NCBI GenBank assembly: GCA_045633625.1
Contig: JAZQYP010000025.1
Span: 19,313-83,312 of the forward strand
DNA: 64,000 nt
Direction of reading: 5' to 3'
Source of the DNA: Eubacteriales bacterium
GTDB taxonomy: Bacteria > Bacillota > Clostridia > Oscillospirales > CAG-272
In this document: in pieces, positions 8,601 to 16,909 of the stretch
Layout: each line of letters starts with the position of its first letter
Numbering within the stretch: the stretch's first letter is position 1
Notes under the pieces: model-generated
Told to the model about the DNA's origin: nothing
The model's input: the letters and a program-made list of their open reading frames with translations, nothing else
Database searches by the model: none
Program-made: the position numbers and the translations under genes

Positions 8601-9430
8601 TGGCAGAAAACAACAATCCCGCTTCTGAACCTCTACAAAAAGGAGCTCAAGCGGCAAATGCAGTACGAGGAGCTGTTAAAACAGGAAAAGCCATAGCCGC
8701 AGCTGCAAAAGGTGCATCTGCGGGTGGTTTATATGGTGCGATTGCCGCATTTGCGTGGGAAAACAGAGGGCTTATCCTCAAGATCATCATAGCGGCAACC
8801 GCAGTATTTCTGATCCCCGTTATTATTATTTGTATGTTACCCTCTGTCATTTGGGGCGGTATCAAGGACGCATTTTCACCAAACAATCCTGATGTTCCTA
8901 TCCTCAATGACAGTACGGTAATTTCGACCAATTTAAGTGATATATCCTCATCCATCGGAACGATCATGTCCGAAGCGATGGCAGATATACTCACCCAAAT
9001 AGATTTAGACTTTGGAAACTCAAGCGCTACTCATAAGGAGATTATAAATCCCTACGATAGTACAACGAATTACAGCACTGCATCTTTTGTATCTCAATAC
9101 TCCGCATCTAAAAATACCGACTATCAATCGGTATCTATTCCGGATATGGAGCGTGTTCTGCGTGATAACAAAGACAAGCTCTATTCCTATACAAAGGTCT
9201 TTGAGAACAGAACAAGAACTGTTGAAACCGTTTACGTGGATGAAGAAACCGGTGAGGAATATGTCATAGAAACCGAGGTCACGGAAACGTGGGCAGTTTA
9301 TACCATTTCATACAATGGCGAGGAATACTTTGCAGATCATGTATTCGGTCTTTCGGAGGAACAAAAAAGGCTGGCTGAGGACTACACAAGCAATCTGAAT
9401 CTATTTTTGAGTGATGATACATTCAACTGA
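8600..9430 (+). CDS. Single-pass membrane protein, possible VirB8-like/scaffold component
   Basis: Start overlaps the upstream stop (TGATG). One TM helix (LILKIIIAATAVFLIPVIIICML) plus an extracytoplasmic domain of about 190 aa. No family recognised. Confidence 0.3.
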   Translation: MAENNNPASEPLQKGAQAANAVRGAVKTGKAIAAAAKGASAGGLYGAIAAFAWENRGLILKIIIAATAVFLIPVIIICMLPSVIWGGIKDAFSPNNPDVPILNDSTVISTNLSDISSSIGTIMSEAMADILTQIDLDFGNSSATHKEIINPYDSTTNYSTASFVSQYSASKNTDYQSVSIPDMERVLRDNKDKLYSYTKVFENRTRTVETVYVDEETGEEYVIETEVTETWAVYTISYNGEEYFADHVFGLSEEQKRLAEDYTSNLNLFLSDDTFN

Positions 9431-9502
9431 TTTTCAAGGAGGTGGTGATATATATGATTCGGCTATAATGCTCTCACAAGTCTTACGAACAGGAGGTAAA
9501 AT

Positions 9503-9742
9503 GTGAAACGGTTATTCAAAAAAGCAATCGATGTTTTGGATAACAAACGTGGAGACGGCTATATTGACGTAGCGGTAAAAATGATAATTGCCGTTGTCAT
9601 CGGAGCATTACTGCTTGGCGGTCTCTATTATTTGTTCAACAACATCGTCCTGCCGGGACTTGCAGAGCGAATTCAAGATATGTTCGGCTCTCCCGGTGGA
9701 AGCGGAAATGATGGCGGTGGCGGCGGCATCATTCTTCTTTAA
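9503..9742 (+). CDS. Tad/Flp-like pilin paralog 1 (Gly-rich C-terminus)
   Basis: AGGAGGtaaaat-GTG. Basic leader, then RGDG-YIDVAVKMIIAVVIGALLLGGLYYLF, a class III signal-like architecture. Confidence 0.5.
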   Translation: MKRLFKKAIDVLDNKRGDGYIDVAVKMIIAVVIGALLLGGLYYLFNNIVLPGLAERIQDMFGSPGGSGNDGGGGGIILL

Positions 9743-9788
9743 CAAGCACGCTAAATAAAAATCAAAGAAAGATACGAGGTAAACTTTT

Positions 9789-10031
9789 ATGAAAAAGCTT
9801 TTCAAAAACATTCAGAACAAGGCAAACGCTCTCGCAATCAAGGCAAAGTGTGCTCTTGATAACGCAAAGGCAGAGGGTTACATCGACACAGGTGTAAAAA
9901 TCATCATCGGCGTCGTAGTCGGCGCAGTCATTCTCGCAGGTCTCTACGCCCTCTTCGATGGCGTAATTCTTCCCACTCTCGAAGGCAGAATCGACGGAAT
10001 GTTCGATTACTCCGGCGCTCCCACAACCTAA
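9789..10031 (+). CDS. Tad/Flp-like pilin paralog 2
   Basis: 80 aa; AKAEG-YIDTGVKIIIGVVVGAVILAGLYALF. A near-duplicate of the next gene. Confidence 0.55.
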   Translation: MKKLFKNIQNKANALAIKAKCALDNAKAEGYIDTGVKIIIGVVVGAVILAGLYALFDGVILPTLEGRIDGMFDYSGAPTT

Positions 10032-10083
10032 TAGCAGGTTAACAAGCAAAACAAAATAAATTATTTGAAAGGAATAACATAAT

Positions 10084-10314
10084 ATGAAAAAATTCTTTAA
10101 GAAGCTTCAGGACAAGGCAAATTCTCTCGCAATCAAGGCAAAGTGTGCTGTGGAAAGCACCAAGGGCGAAGGTTACATCGATACAGGTGTAAAAATTATC
10201 ATCGGCGTCGTAGTCGGTGCGGTTATCCTCGCAGGACTGTACGCCCTCTTTGATAACGTCATTCTCCCTCGTCTCAACACCGAGATCACGAATATGTTCA
10301 ACTACACTGCTTAA
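10084..10314 (+). CDS. Tad/Flp-like pilin paralog 3
   Basis: 76 aa; TKGEG-YIDTGVKIIIGVVVGAVILAGLYALF. Confidence 0.55.
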   Translation: MKKFFKKLQDKANSLAIKAKCAVESTKGEGYIDTGVKIIIGVVVGAVILAGLYALFDNVILPRLNTEITNMFNYTA

Positions 10315-10337
10315 GTTCTTAGGCGGTGTTTTTTGTT

Positions 10338-10364
10338 GGGGGGCGGGTCCGCTCGCCCCCCGTT
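10338..10364 (+). terminator. GC-rich hairpin after the pilin genes (partial terminator/attenuator)
   Basis: ggggggcg / cgcccccc 8-bp stem followed by only a short GTTT. Confidence 0.4.
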
Positions 10365-10384
10365 TCAAATAAAAGGAGGAAAAA

Positions 10385-10978
10385 GTGGAAATACTATTTC
10401 AATTTTTAACCCTTTTCGGTCTGCTTCTCGCGGTGTGCGGAATAACGTGTATTCTTAACTACTATATGAGAAAACGAGGATTCTCCGTCAATGCTCTTGC
10501 GAATCATCTTATCGTTGTTCTCGTTACCGTTGCGCTTTATGTGTTTGGCGGACTAAGTATTTGGACTGCAAAGGGTGTGATTATGTTGCTTGTCTTACTG
10601 TATGCGTCCGTACAGGACATTTCCACCCACGAAGCTGACGACTCACTTTGGGTAATGCTTCTGATACTCGCCCTTGTAGGTTTTGGCGATGTTGGTATTT
10701 GGTCAATGGTGATGGGCGGTCTGCTCGTCTTTATTCCGCAGATGGCAATCGCCATGTTTACGAACGGCAACGGAATTGGCGGTGCCGATATCAAGATCTC
10801 TACTGCGGCGGCTGTCTTGCTTGGTTTATTCGGCGGGGTTCTCGGATACGTGATAGGTCTTACTTTTGCCGTGATATTTAACCTTATTTACAATAAAGTC
10901 AAAAAACAAGCCTCAAATAAGGCGTTTGCCTTGCTTCCTTTCATATCGGCAGGTCTTATGGTAGGTTATTTCATTTAA
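10385..10978 (+). CDS. tadV: A24-family prepilin peptidase (TadV/CpaA-like)
   Basis: GTG start after AAAGGAGG. Polytopic, with the two Asp motifs VQDISTHEADD and GIGGADIK. Confidence 0.7.
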   Translation: MEILFQFLTLFGLLLAVCGITCILNYYMRKRGFSVNALANHLIVVLVTVALYVFGGLSIWTAKGVIMLLVLLYASVQDISTHEADDSLWVMLLILALVGFGDVGIWSMVMGGLLVFIPQMAIAMFTNGNGIGGADIKISTAAAVLLGLFGGVLGYVIGLTFAVIFNLIYNKVKKQASNKAFALLPFISAGLMVGYFI

Positions 10979-10993
10979 CAGGAGGAAAACAAA

Positions 10994-11803
10994 ATGAGTT
11001 TTGGAAATCAAACCCAAACAAAAGAACCAAGAGCAGAAAAAAAGCCCAGGGGTACAGGTAAAAGTGTCTTTTCTTCACGTACCGTTATCGGTATTGTCTG
11101 TATCGTGCTTGCACTGCTCATTACATTCGGCGTAGCTCCGCTTGTCAACCGTTTTTCCGACCAAAAGGTTGACATTATAAGACTCAAGGCTAACGTGCCG
11201 CGCGGACAGGTCATCACAGCCGAACATCTTGAGGTCGCAAGCGTCGGTGCTCACAATCTTCCCAGCGGTATTATTAAGGACGGAAACGCTATTGTCGGGA
11301 AATATGCTGCAACCGATTTATTTGCAGGAGATTATCTTTTTCCTGCAAAAATTTCCGCTGATAACAAGAGTGCAGACGACGTACTGCTTGGTCTTGACGG
11401 AACCAAGGTTGCAATCAGTGTTACCATCGGAAACTTTGCACAAGGTCTTTCTAATAAACTTGAAAACGGGGATATTGTCAGCGTAATCATATATGACAAG
11501 GATAAGTATATGTCCTATACTCCGGATGAGCTTCAGTATGTCAGAGTAATCACCGCCACCACAAGTGACGGCATTGACAAAGACGAAGCAGAAAACGGAA
11601 AATCTGCAACTGTTACGGTGTTAGTTACTCCGGAGCAGGCAGAACTGCTTGCACAGTATAATAGCGTTACATCTCTTCACTTTGCCCTTGTATACCGCGG
11701 AGATAAGGAAAAGGCAGATGCCTTTATTAAGGTTCAAGACGATTATTTGAAAAACAATCCCATCGTCAATGAGCCGACCGAGGAGGCAGAAGCAAATGAG
11801 TAA
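10994..11803 (+). CDS. cpaB: Flp pilus assembly protein CpaB (SAF/RcpC-like)
   Basis: N-terminal TM anchor and a SAF-like segment (LKANVPRGQVITAEHLEV ... DLFAGDYLFPAKI). Confidence 0.65.
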   Translation: MSFGNQTQTKEPRAEKKPRGTGKSVFSSRTVIGIVCIVLALLITFGVAPLVNRFSDQKVDIIRLKANVPRGQVITAEHLEVASVGAHNLPSGIIKDGNAIVGKYAATDLFAGDYLFPAKISADNKSADDVLLGLDGTKVAISVTIGNFAQGLSNKLENGDIVSVIIYDKDKYMSYTPDELQYVRVITATTSDGIDKDEAENGKSATVTVLVTPEQAELLAQYNSVTSLHFALVYRGDKEKADAFIKVQDDYLKNNPIVNEPTEEAEANE

Positions 11804-12536
11804 AATGATAGCAGTATGGGGCGCGCCGAATTGTGGTAAGACCACGTTTTCGGTAAAACTCGCCGAAACAATTTATAGAAGTTCCGGAGGAAAAAGTGCT
11901 GTTATCGTTGTATTTGCTGATAGTCTGACGCCCACGCTTCCCGTTGTCTTTCCAAATCACAAGAGCGAGGAGGTGTTCTCTGTGGGGGCAATTCTTTCAA
12001 AACCCGATTTCTTTGCAGATGATGTGGTTTCCAATATCGTTATGTTGAAAAACAAAATGAATCTCGGCTTCCTTGGTTATAAGGAAGGAGAAAACATTCA
12101 TTCTTATCCAACCTATACAGAAGCCAAGGCAAACTATTTCTACGATACGTTGCTCGGCATCACCGACTATATTATTGTGGATTGTATGTCAGATCCCGAT
12201 GGAAACCATCTTACGCGAGTTGCGCTTGAGCGAGCTGATAGTACTGTTAGATTATCGGCACCCGATCTCAAATGTATCAGTTATCAGATGTCCCAGCAAA
12301 TGATATTTGCGGCGGCAGGTCTTATGAAGGCGGGAGATCTTCTTGTAATGAATATCCCCCGTGAAGAACTGAACATGGCGGCACAGGACGCTAAGCATCA
12401 TCTCGGCAGAATTACTGCGACACTTCCGTTCAGTCCTGCACTTGCGGAACAATATATGGAAGGAAATATGGTTTTGCCGCTTAAAGACAAAAGGTATACA
12501 CAAGCATTGAAAGAGATTGCGGAAAGGTTGGTGTAA
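11796..12536 (+). CDS. tadZ: ParA/MinD-like P-loop ATPase (TadZ/CpaE-like)
   Basis: MIAVWGAPNCGKTTFSVKLA deviant Walker A. The start overlaps the cpaB stop by 8 nt. Confidence 0.5.
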   Translation: MSKMIAVWGAPNCGKTTFSVKLAETIYRSSGGKSAVIVVFADSLTPTLPVVFPNHKSEEVFSVGAILSKPDFFADDVVSNIVMLKNKMNLGFLGYKEGENIHSYPTYTEAKANYFYDTLLGITDYIIVDCMSDPDGNHLTRVALERADSTVRLSAPDLKCISYQMSQQMIFAAAGLMKAGDLLVMNIPREELNMAAQDAKHHLGRITATLPFSPALAEQYMEGNMVLPLKDKRYTQALKEIAERLV

Positions 12537-12539
12537 GCT

Positions 12540-13853
12540 ATGGCAGTTATCGAATTATCCTCGCTTGTACCGCTGTGTCAAAGCTTCATTGCTCGGAATT
12601 ACTCCGCAGCAATCATCGATAAAAGCAAAACCGAGGAATTGAAGGCGTATATAGGCAAATATCTTTACGATACAGATTATTCGGTTGTTGGCTTCGATAC
12701 AAAAGAGCTTGTGGAAAGACTCTTTGAAGAAATGGCGGAATATTCGATTCTGACAAAACATCTTGCCGATCCCGATATAGAGGAAATCAACATTAACGGT
12801 TGGGACGATGTGGCTTTAACACATCTTGACGGAAGAATTGAAAAAGCAAATGAGCATTTCTTTTCCCCGACACACGCAATTGACATCGTAAAAAAATTGC
12901 TTCAGCATTCCGGAATGATCATTGATAATGCCGCACCTATCGCTCAAGGTCATCTTCCAAACAATACCCGTGTAACAGCACTCAAAGAACCTATTGTGGA
13001 TGCTAATCGAGGAATAGCGGTGTCTATTCGTATGCTTCACCCGCAACGAGTGGATCGTGAAAGTCTGCTTCAAACAGAATCACTTACCGAAGAAATGTTG
13101 TATTTTCTTGAGGTATGCTTGCGGTACGGAGTGTCATTTGTCGTGGCAGGAAGAACCTCGTCCGGCAAAACTACTCTTCTTAACAGCTTGCTTGGCTCAA
13201 TTCCTGACGGTAAGCGTATCTACACAATTGAAAGCGGTGCCCGTGAATTGTCTTTGATAAAGAGAGACCAAAACGGCAAGGTAGTCAATAACGTAGTTCA
13301 CACCTTGTCTCGTCCCTCCGACAAAGAAGCGTATGACATATCACAAGAAGATCTTGTAATGGCAGCGCTCAGATTTGACCCTGATATTATTTGTGTCGGT
13401 GAGATGAGAGACGCAGAGGCGCATTCCGCGGTAGAAGCAAGCTCAACCGACCACACTGTTGTAACTACCGTTCACGGTGGCGGCGGCAGATATGCCCATC
13501 GCAGAATCGCGTTCTTGTCTCAGCGCAGATTTCCTATAGATATGAAAATATCAATGCAACAAGCGGCGCTTGCCTTTCCCGTGGTCGTGTTTGCCCATAA
13601 GCTCGAAGACAATAGCCGTAAGGTAATGGACATTTCAGAATGTGTAGTACACGACGATGGCGAGCTTGAGTATCGAACCTTATATCGTTACAAGATCAAC
13701 AGCAATGAGTATAAGGATGGGCGTTTCCATATCATAGGTGAATTTATCAAAGAAAATACTCCCTCGGACTACCTCTGCACGAAGCTGTTGCGTGGCGGCA
13801 TTCCACAAGAAATTCTCCAAAAATTCAATAAAGAAGGAGGAAATACAACTTGA
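12540..13853 (+). CDS. tadA: CpaF/TadA secretion ATPase
   Basis: Walker A GRTSSGKTTLLNSL, Walker B/Asp box DPDIICVGEMRDAEA, His box HTVVTTVHG. Confidence 0.85.
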   Translation: MAVIELSSLVPLCQSFIARNYSAAIIDKSKTEELKAYIGKYLYDTDYSVVGFDTKELVERLFEEMAEYSILTKHLADPDIEEININGWDDVALTHLDGRIEKANEHFFSPTHAIDIVKKLLQHSGMIIDNAAPIAQGHLPNNTRVTALKEPIVDANRGIAVSIRMLHPQRVDRESLLQTESLTEEMLYFLEVCLRYGVSFVVAGRTSSGKTTLLNSLLGSIPDGKRIYTIESGARELSLIKRDQNGKVVNNVVHTLSRPSDKEAYDISQEDLVMAALRFDPDIICVGEMRDAEAHSAVEASSTDHTVVTTVHGGGGRYAHRRIAFLSQRRFPIDMKISMQQAALAFPVVVFAHKLEDNSRKVMDISECVVHDDGELEYRTLYRYKINSNEYKDGRFHIIGEFIKENTPSDYLCTKLLRGGIPQEILQKFNKEGGNTT

Positions 13854-14776
13854 TTGCTTTATATATTATTGCCTTTGTTCTGGCAGTCATCGGCATCATA
13901 TTTGTTTTGAAGATCACACCGGAGCAAATAAACAACGACATTACGGATCTGTTCGGCAAAGAGGAAACGCTGAAGGATAAATCGCTGAGCGCACGTGGCA
14001 AGAAAAAGAAAAGCAAAATTTTACTTGAGCTTGAGCACTTGCATCGAGCGTTAAAGGAAACGGGAAAAGAAAAGCAATTTTCATTTGCTTGTGCGCTGTC
14101 GGCACTTTTAATGGTTGCCGGCTGTGTAATTGCAATTGCGATTGATAACGTTTTCTTGATTCCTGTACTTGCTGTGGCGTTTGCGATATTACCGTTTGCA
14201 TATCTTCACAAAGCCATTGCAATCTATGAGGAAAGAGTCAAGACCGAGCTTGAATCGGCGCTTTCTCTTATTACAAGCTCCTATATCAGAAGCGAAAATC
14301 TTGTTGCAGCAGTTGAGGATTCCATTCCTAATCTGCATCCACCGCTGAAAAGTGTATTTGAGAGCTTTTTGACCGAGGCATCTGTAATTTCTCCCGATAT
14401 ACGTCAAGCGATTTATCATATGAAGGATAAAGTCAAGAACGATATATTTAAGGAATGGTGTGATGCTTTAATTGCTTGTCAAAACGACAGAGTTTTGATT
14501 GACATTCTTCACCCCATCACCAAAAAGCTGAACGAGGAGCGTGTCGTAAATAACTCGCTTCGCACAATGCTTTCCGAGGCACGCCGAGAATATTGGATGA
14601 TGGTAATGCTCGTTCTTGCAAACATCCCACTCCTTTACTGTATCAATAAGAGTTGGTACGATTCTCTGATGCACACTACCTTTGGCAAAATCGTTCTTGC
14701 CATCAGCGGCGTGATGATTATTATAACGGCAATCCGTATGAACAAGCTTACAAAGCCCATAGAATACAAACGCTAA
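13850..14776 (+). CDS. tadB: TadB-like platform protein (T2SS-F family)
   Basis: TTG start overlapping the tadA stop. It has an N-terminal TM, a central soluble T2SSF-like segment and C-terminal TMs. Confidence 0.6.
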   Translation: MIALYIIAFVLAVIGIIFVLKITPEQINNDITDLFGKEETLKDKSLSARGKKKKSKILLELEHLHRALKETGKEKQFSFACALSALLMVAGCVIAIAIDNVFLIPVLAVAFAILPFAYLHKAIAIYEERVKTELESALSLITSSYIRSENLVAAVEDSIPNLHPPLKSVFESFLTEASVISPDIRQAIYHMKDKVKNDIFKEWCDALIACQNDRVLIDILHPITKKLNEERVVNNSLRTMLSEARREYWMMVMLVLANIPLLYCINKSWYDSLMHTTFGKIVLAISGVMIIITAIRMNKLTKPIEYKR

Positions 14777-14788
14777 GGAGGACTGATT

Positions 14789-15661
14789 ATGGTAATACTT
14801 CAAATTATGATCGGTCTTTTTGTTGCAATAGGCGTTGCGTTCGTTTGGGCAGACGTTGTAAAGCTCCCCACGATGAAGGCGTCAAAGGCGGCAAACAACC
14901 TTGGAAAAAAAGGAAACAAAAAAACAAGCACCATTGACATCTACCTAAAAAACATTTCGGCAAAGCTGGCTGAAAAGATAAGGCTTAACGAATACAAAAA
15001 AGACCAACTCGCAACTGATCTTAAAACAGCGGGACTTAACATTACTCCCGAGGCGTATGTATCGGATGCGATTGTAAAGTCTGTAGCAATAGGTCTGCTT
15101 GCAATTCCCGCGTTCTTTATTGTTAAAATTCTTGGCTTATTTATCATTTTTGTGGCTGTTGTAATGTATTTCAGCGAAATGAAAAAGGTCAGCAAGATGA
15201 TTATCAAAAAGAAAAAGAAGATTGAGTATGAGCTGCCACGTATGGTTTCTTCCATAGAAAAAACGATGAAGCACCAAAAAGGCGTTGTTTATGCTCTTGA
15301 AGCGTTCAAAGATACGACTTGCCCCGAGTTAAAGGAAGAGCTTGAAATCACAATTGCGGATATGCGTTCCGGCAGTGAGTTTGATGCCCTTTCGAGACTT
15401 GAAAGCAGAGTTGGTTCACACGATATGCTTCTTGTAACCAAAGGATTGCGCGGAGCTTTGTACGGAGATGATATGTCTGTCTATTGGGCAACGATCTCTC
15501 TCCAACTATCTGCCGCACAGCAAGAAAAGCTCAAGGAACAAGCCCTCGGAGTTCCCAGAAAGGTGCGCAAGCTTTCTATGGCACTTTTATTCTGCTTCAT
15601 ACTCATATACGTAGCCGTGCTCGGTCAAGTTTTGCTTGGCTCAATGGGCACGCTGTTCTGA
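14789..15661 (+). CDS. tadC: TadC-like platform protein (T2SS-F family)
   Basis: Same architecture as tadB (ELPRMVSSIEKTM..., C-terminal TM pair). Confidence 0.6.
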   Translation: MVILQIMIGLFVAIGVAFVWADVVKLPTMKASKAANNLGKKGNKKTSTIDIYLKNISAKLAEKIRLNEYKKDQLATDLKTAGLNITPEAYVSDAIVKSVAIGLLAIPAFFIVKILGLFIIFVAVVMYFSEMKKVSKMIIKKKKKIEYELPRMVSSIEKTMKHQKGVVYALEAFKDTTCPELKEELEITIADMRSGSEFDALSRLESRVGSHDMLLVTKGLRGALYGDDMSVYWATISLQLSAAQQEKLKEQALGVPRKVRKLSMALLFCFILIYVAVLGQVLLGSMGTLF

Positions 15662-15674
15662 CGGAGGTGAGCAT

Positions 15675-16085
15675 ATGATAAAAGCACTAAAAAACAAAAA
15701 AGCTGAGGGTTATATCGACATAGCGGTGGCGGTTCTCGTCATCGCTTTTATATTGGTGATCGTCATTAGTATTTGGTCGATGGTAACTCTCAAGCAGGAT
15801 ATGAATTATATGTGCAACGAGCTTCTTGAAATTGCCACAGTCACGGGAAAGATCGGGCCGGAGGTAGAGGCAAGATTTGTTGAACTGTGTGCTGAGGTTG
15901 GCTTTACCCCAACGGTAGCTTTTTCGGCAAACTATTTTGAAACAGCGTCAGGAAAGGTACAGCTCGGCGAAGTAATTTCCTGCACCCTTTCAACCGAAAT
16001 GACCTTTATGGGCTTTGGGGGCTTTGAGCTCCCATTCGATGTAACGGTCACTCAATCGGGATTATCCCGAATTTATTGGAAATGA
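15675..16085 (+). CDS. TadE-like pseudopilin
   Basis: GGAGGTGagcat-ATG. MIKALKNKKAEG-YIDIAVAVLVIAFILVIV shares the pilin leader motif. Confidence 0.5.
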   Translation: MIKALKNKKAEGYIDIAVAVLVIAFILVIVISIWSMVTLKQDMNYMCNELLEIATVTGKIGPEVEARFVELCAEVGFTPTVAFSANYFETASGKVQLGEVISCTLSTEMTFMGFGGFELPFDVTVTQSGLSRIYWK

Positions 16086-16086
16086 G

Positions 16087-16569
16087 GTGGTTATTATTAA
16101 CGCTCTCAGAAACAAAAAAGGATTTAGCTACATCCTTGTATGCGTCATTATTATTTTTGTAGTAATGGTCGTATTCGTAGCTATGCAATACGCTTATGTT
16201 TATCATATCGCAGAGGAACAGAAAAACGAAACACAACTAAAGCTGGATGGCTTTGTCACAAGAACGGCGGTGGAACAATACGATGCGCTGAAACAAGGTG
16301 AGGCGTGGGTAGATTACGTTGACAGAAACGATCTTGTTGACGGAGCCTATTACTTGCTCGGCTTCCCAACGATCATTACCTTGGAATACCGAGAGCCAAT
16401 CGCCGTTGCAGGCAAATATTATATGTCAAGACCGACAATATATGCCCTTGCGGGAGATGCCTTCGGTGTCTACGTTCAATATGAGATTGAAATACCGTAT
16501 GATCTGTTCGGGCGTGAGTTTTCTGTTGTTGTTCCCATTGAAATGGTAAGCAGATATGTAGTCAAATAA
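16087..16569 (+). CDS. TadF-like pseudopilin
   Basis: GTG start; NALRNKKG-FSYILVCVIIIFVVMVVFV prepilin-like N-terminus. Confidence 0.45.
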   Translation: MVIINALRNKKGFSYILVCVIIIFVVMVVFVAMQYAYVYHIAEEQKNETQLKLDGFVTRTAVEQYDALKQGEAWVDYVDRNDLVDGAYYLLGFPTIITLEYREPIAVAGKYYMSRPTIYALAGDAFGVYVQYEIEIPYDLFGREFSVVVPIEMVSRYVVK

Positions 16570-16579
16570 AGGAGGAAAT

Positions 16580-16909
16580 ATGAGTAGAACGCAAAAAATC
16601 ATTTTCTGTGTTGTGGGTTTGCTCGGTGCTGTTGCCATCATAATCGGCGGAATAGTTTTATCGTCGGATGATGATAAAACTCCCGATGAAACCGATCCCC
16701 CTGCAATTTCAGATACAAACGACGAGACAAGCGCTCCCGTCGTTCCAGATATCAGACCAAATACCAATGACGATAAAGAACAGCACCAAGACCGTCCCGG
16801 TGATATTCATATCGACATTGAAGAAAAGAACGAAGAATCTACAAGGAATGAGGATCCTGCCGTTGAAGGTGAGGTAGTAATCATTCCGGGTGTTAAGGAG
16901 GACGACTAA
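16580..16909 (+). CDS. Membrane-anchored acidic, probably disordered protein
   Basis: One N-terminal TM (IIFCVVGLLGAVAIIIGGIVL) followed by a D/E/P/T-rich tail. Its stop overlaps the adhesin start (TAATG). Confidence 0.4.
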   Translation: MSRTQKIIFCVVGLLGAVAIIIGGIVLSSDDDKTPDETDPPAISDTNDETSAPVVPDIRPNTNDDKEQHQDRPGDIHIDIEEKNEESTRNEDPAVEGEVVIIPGVKEDD

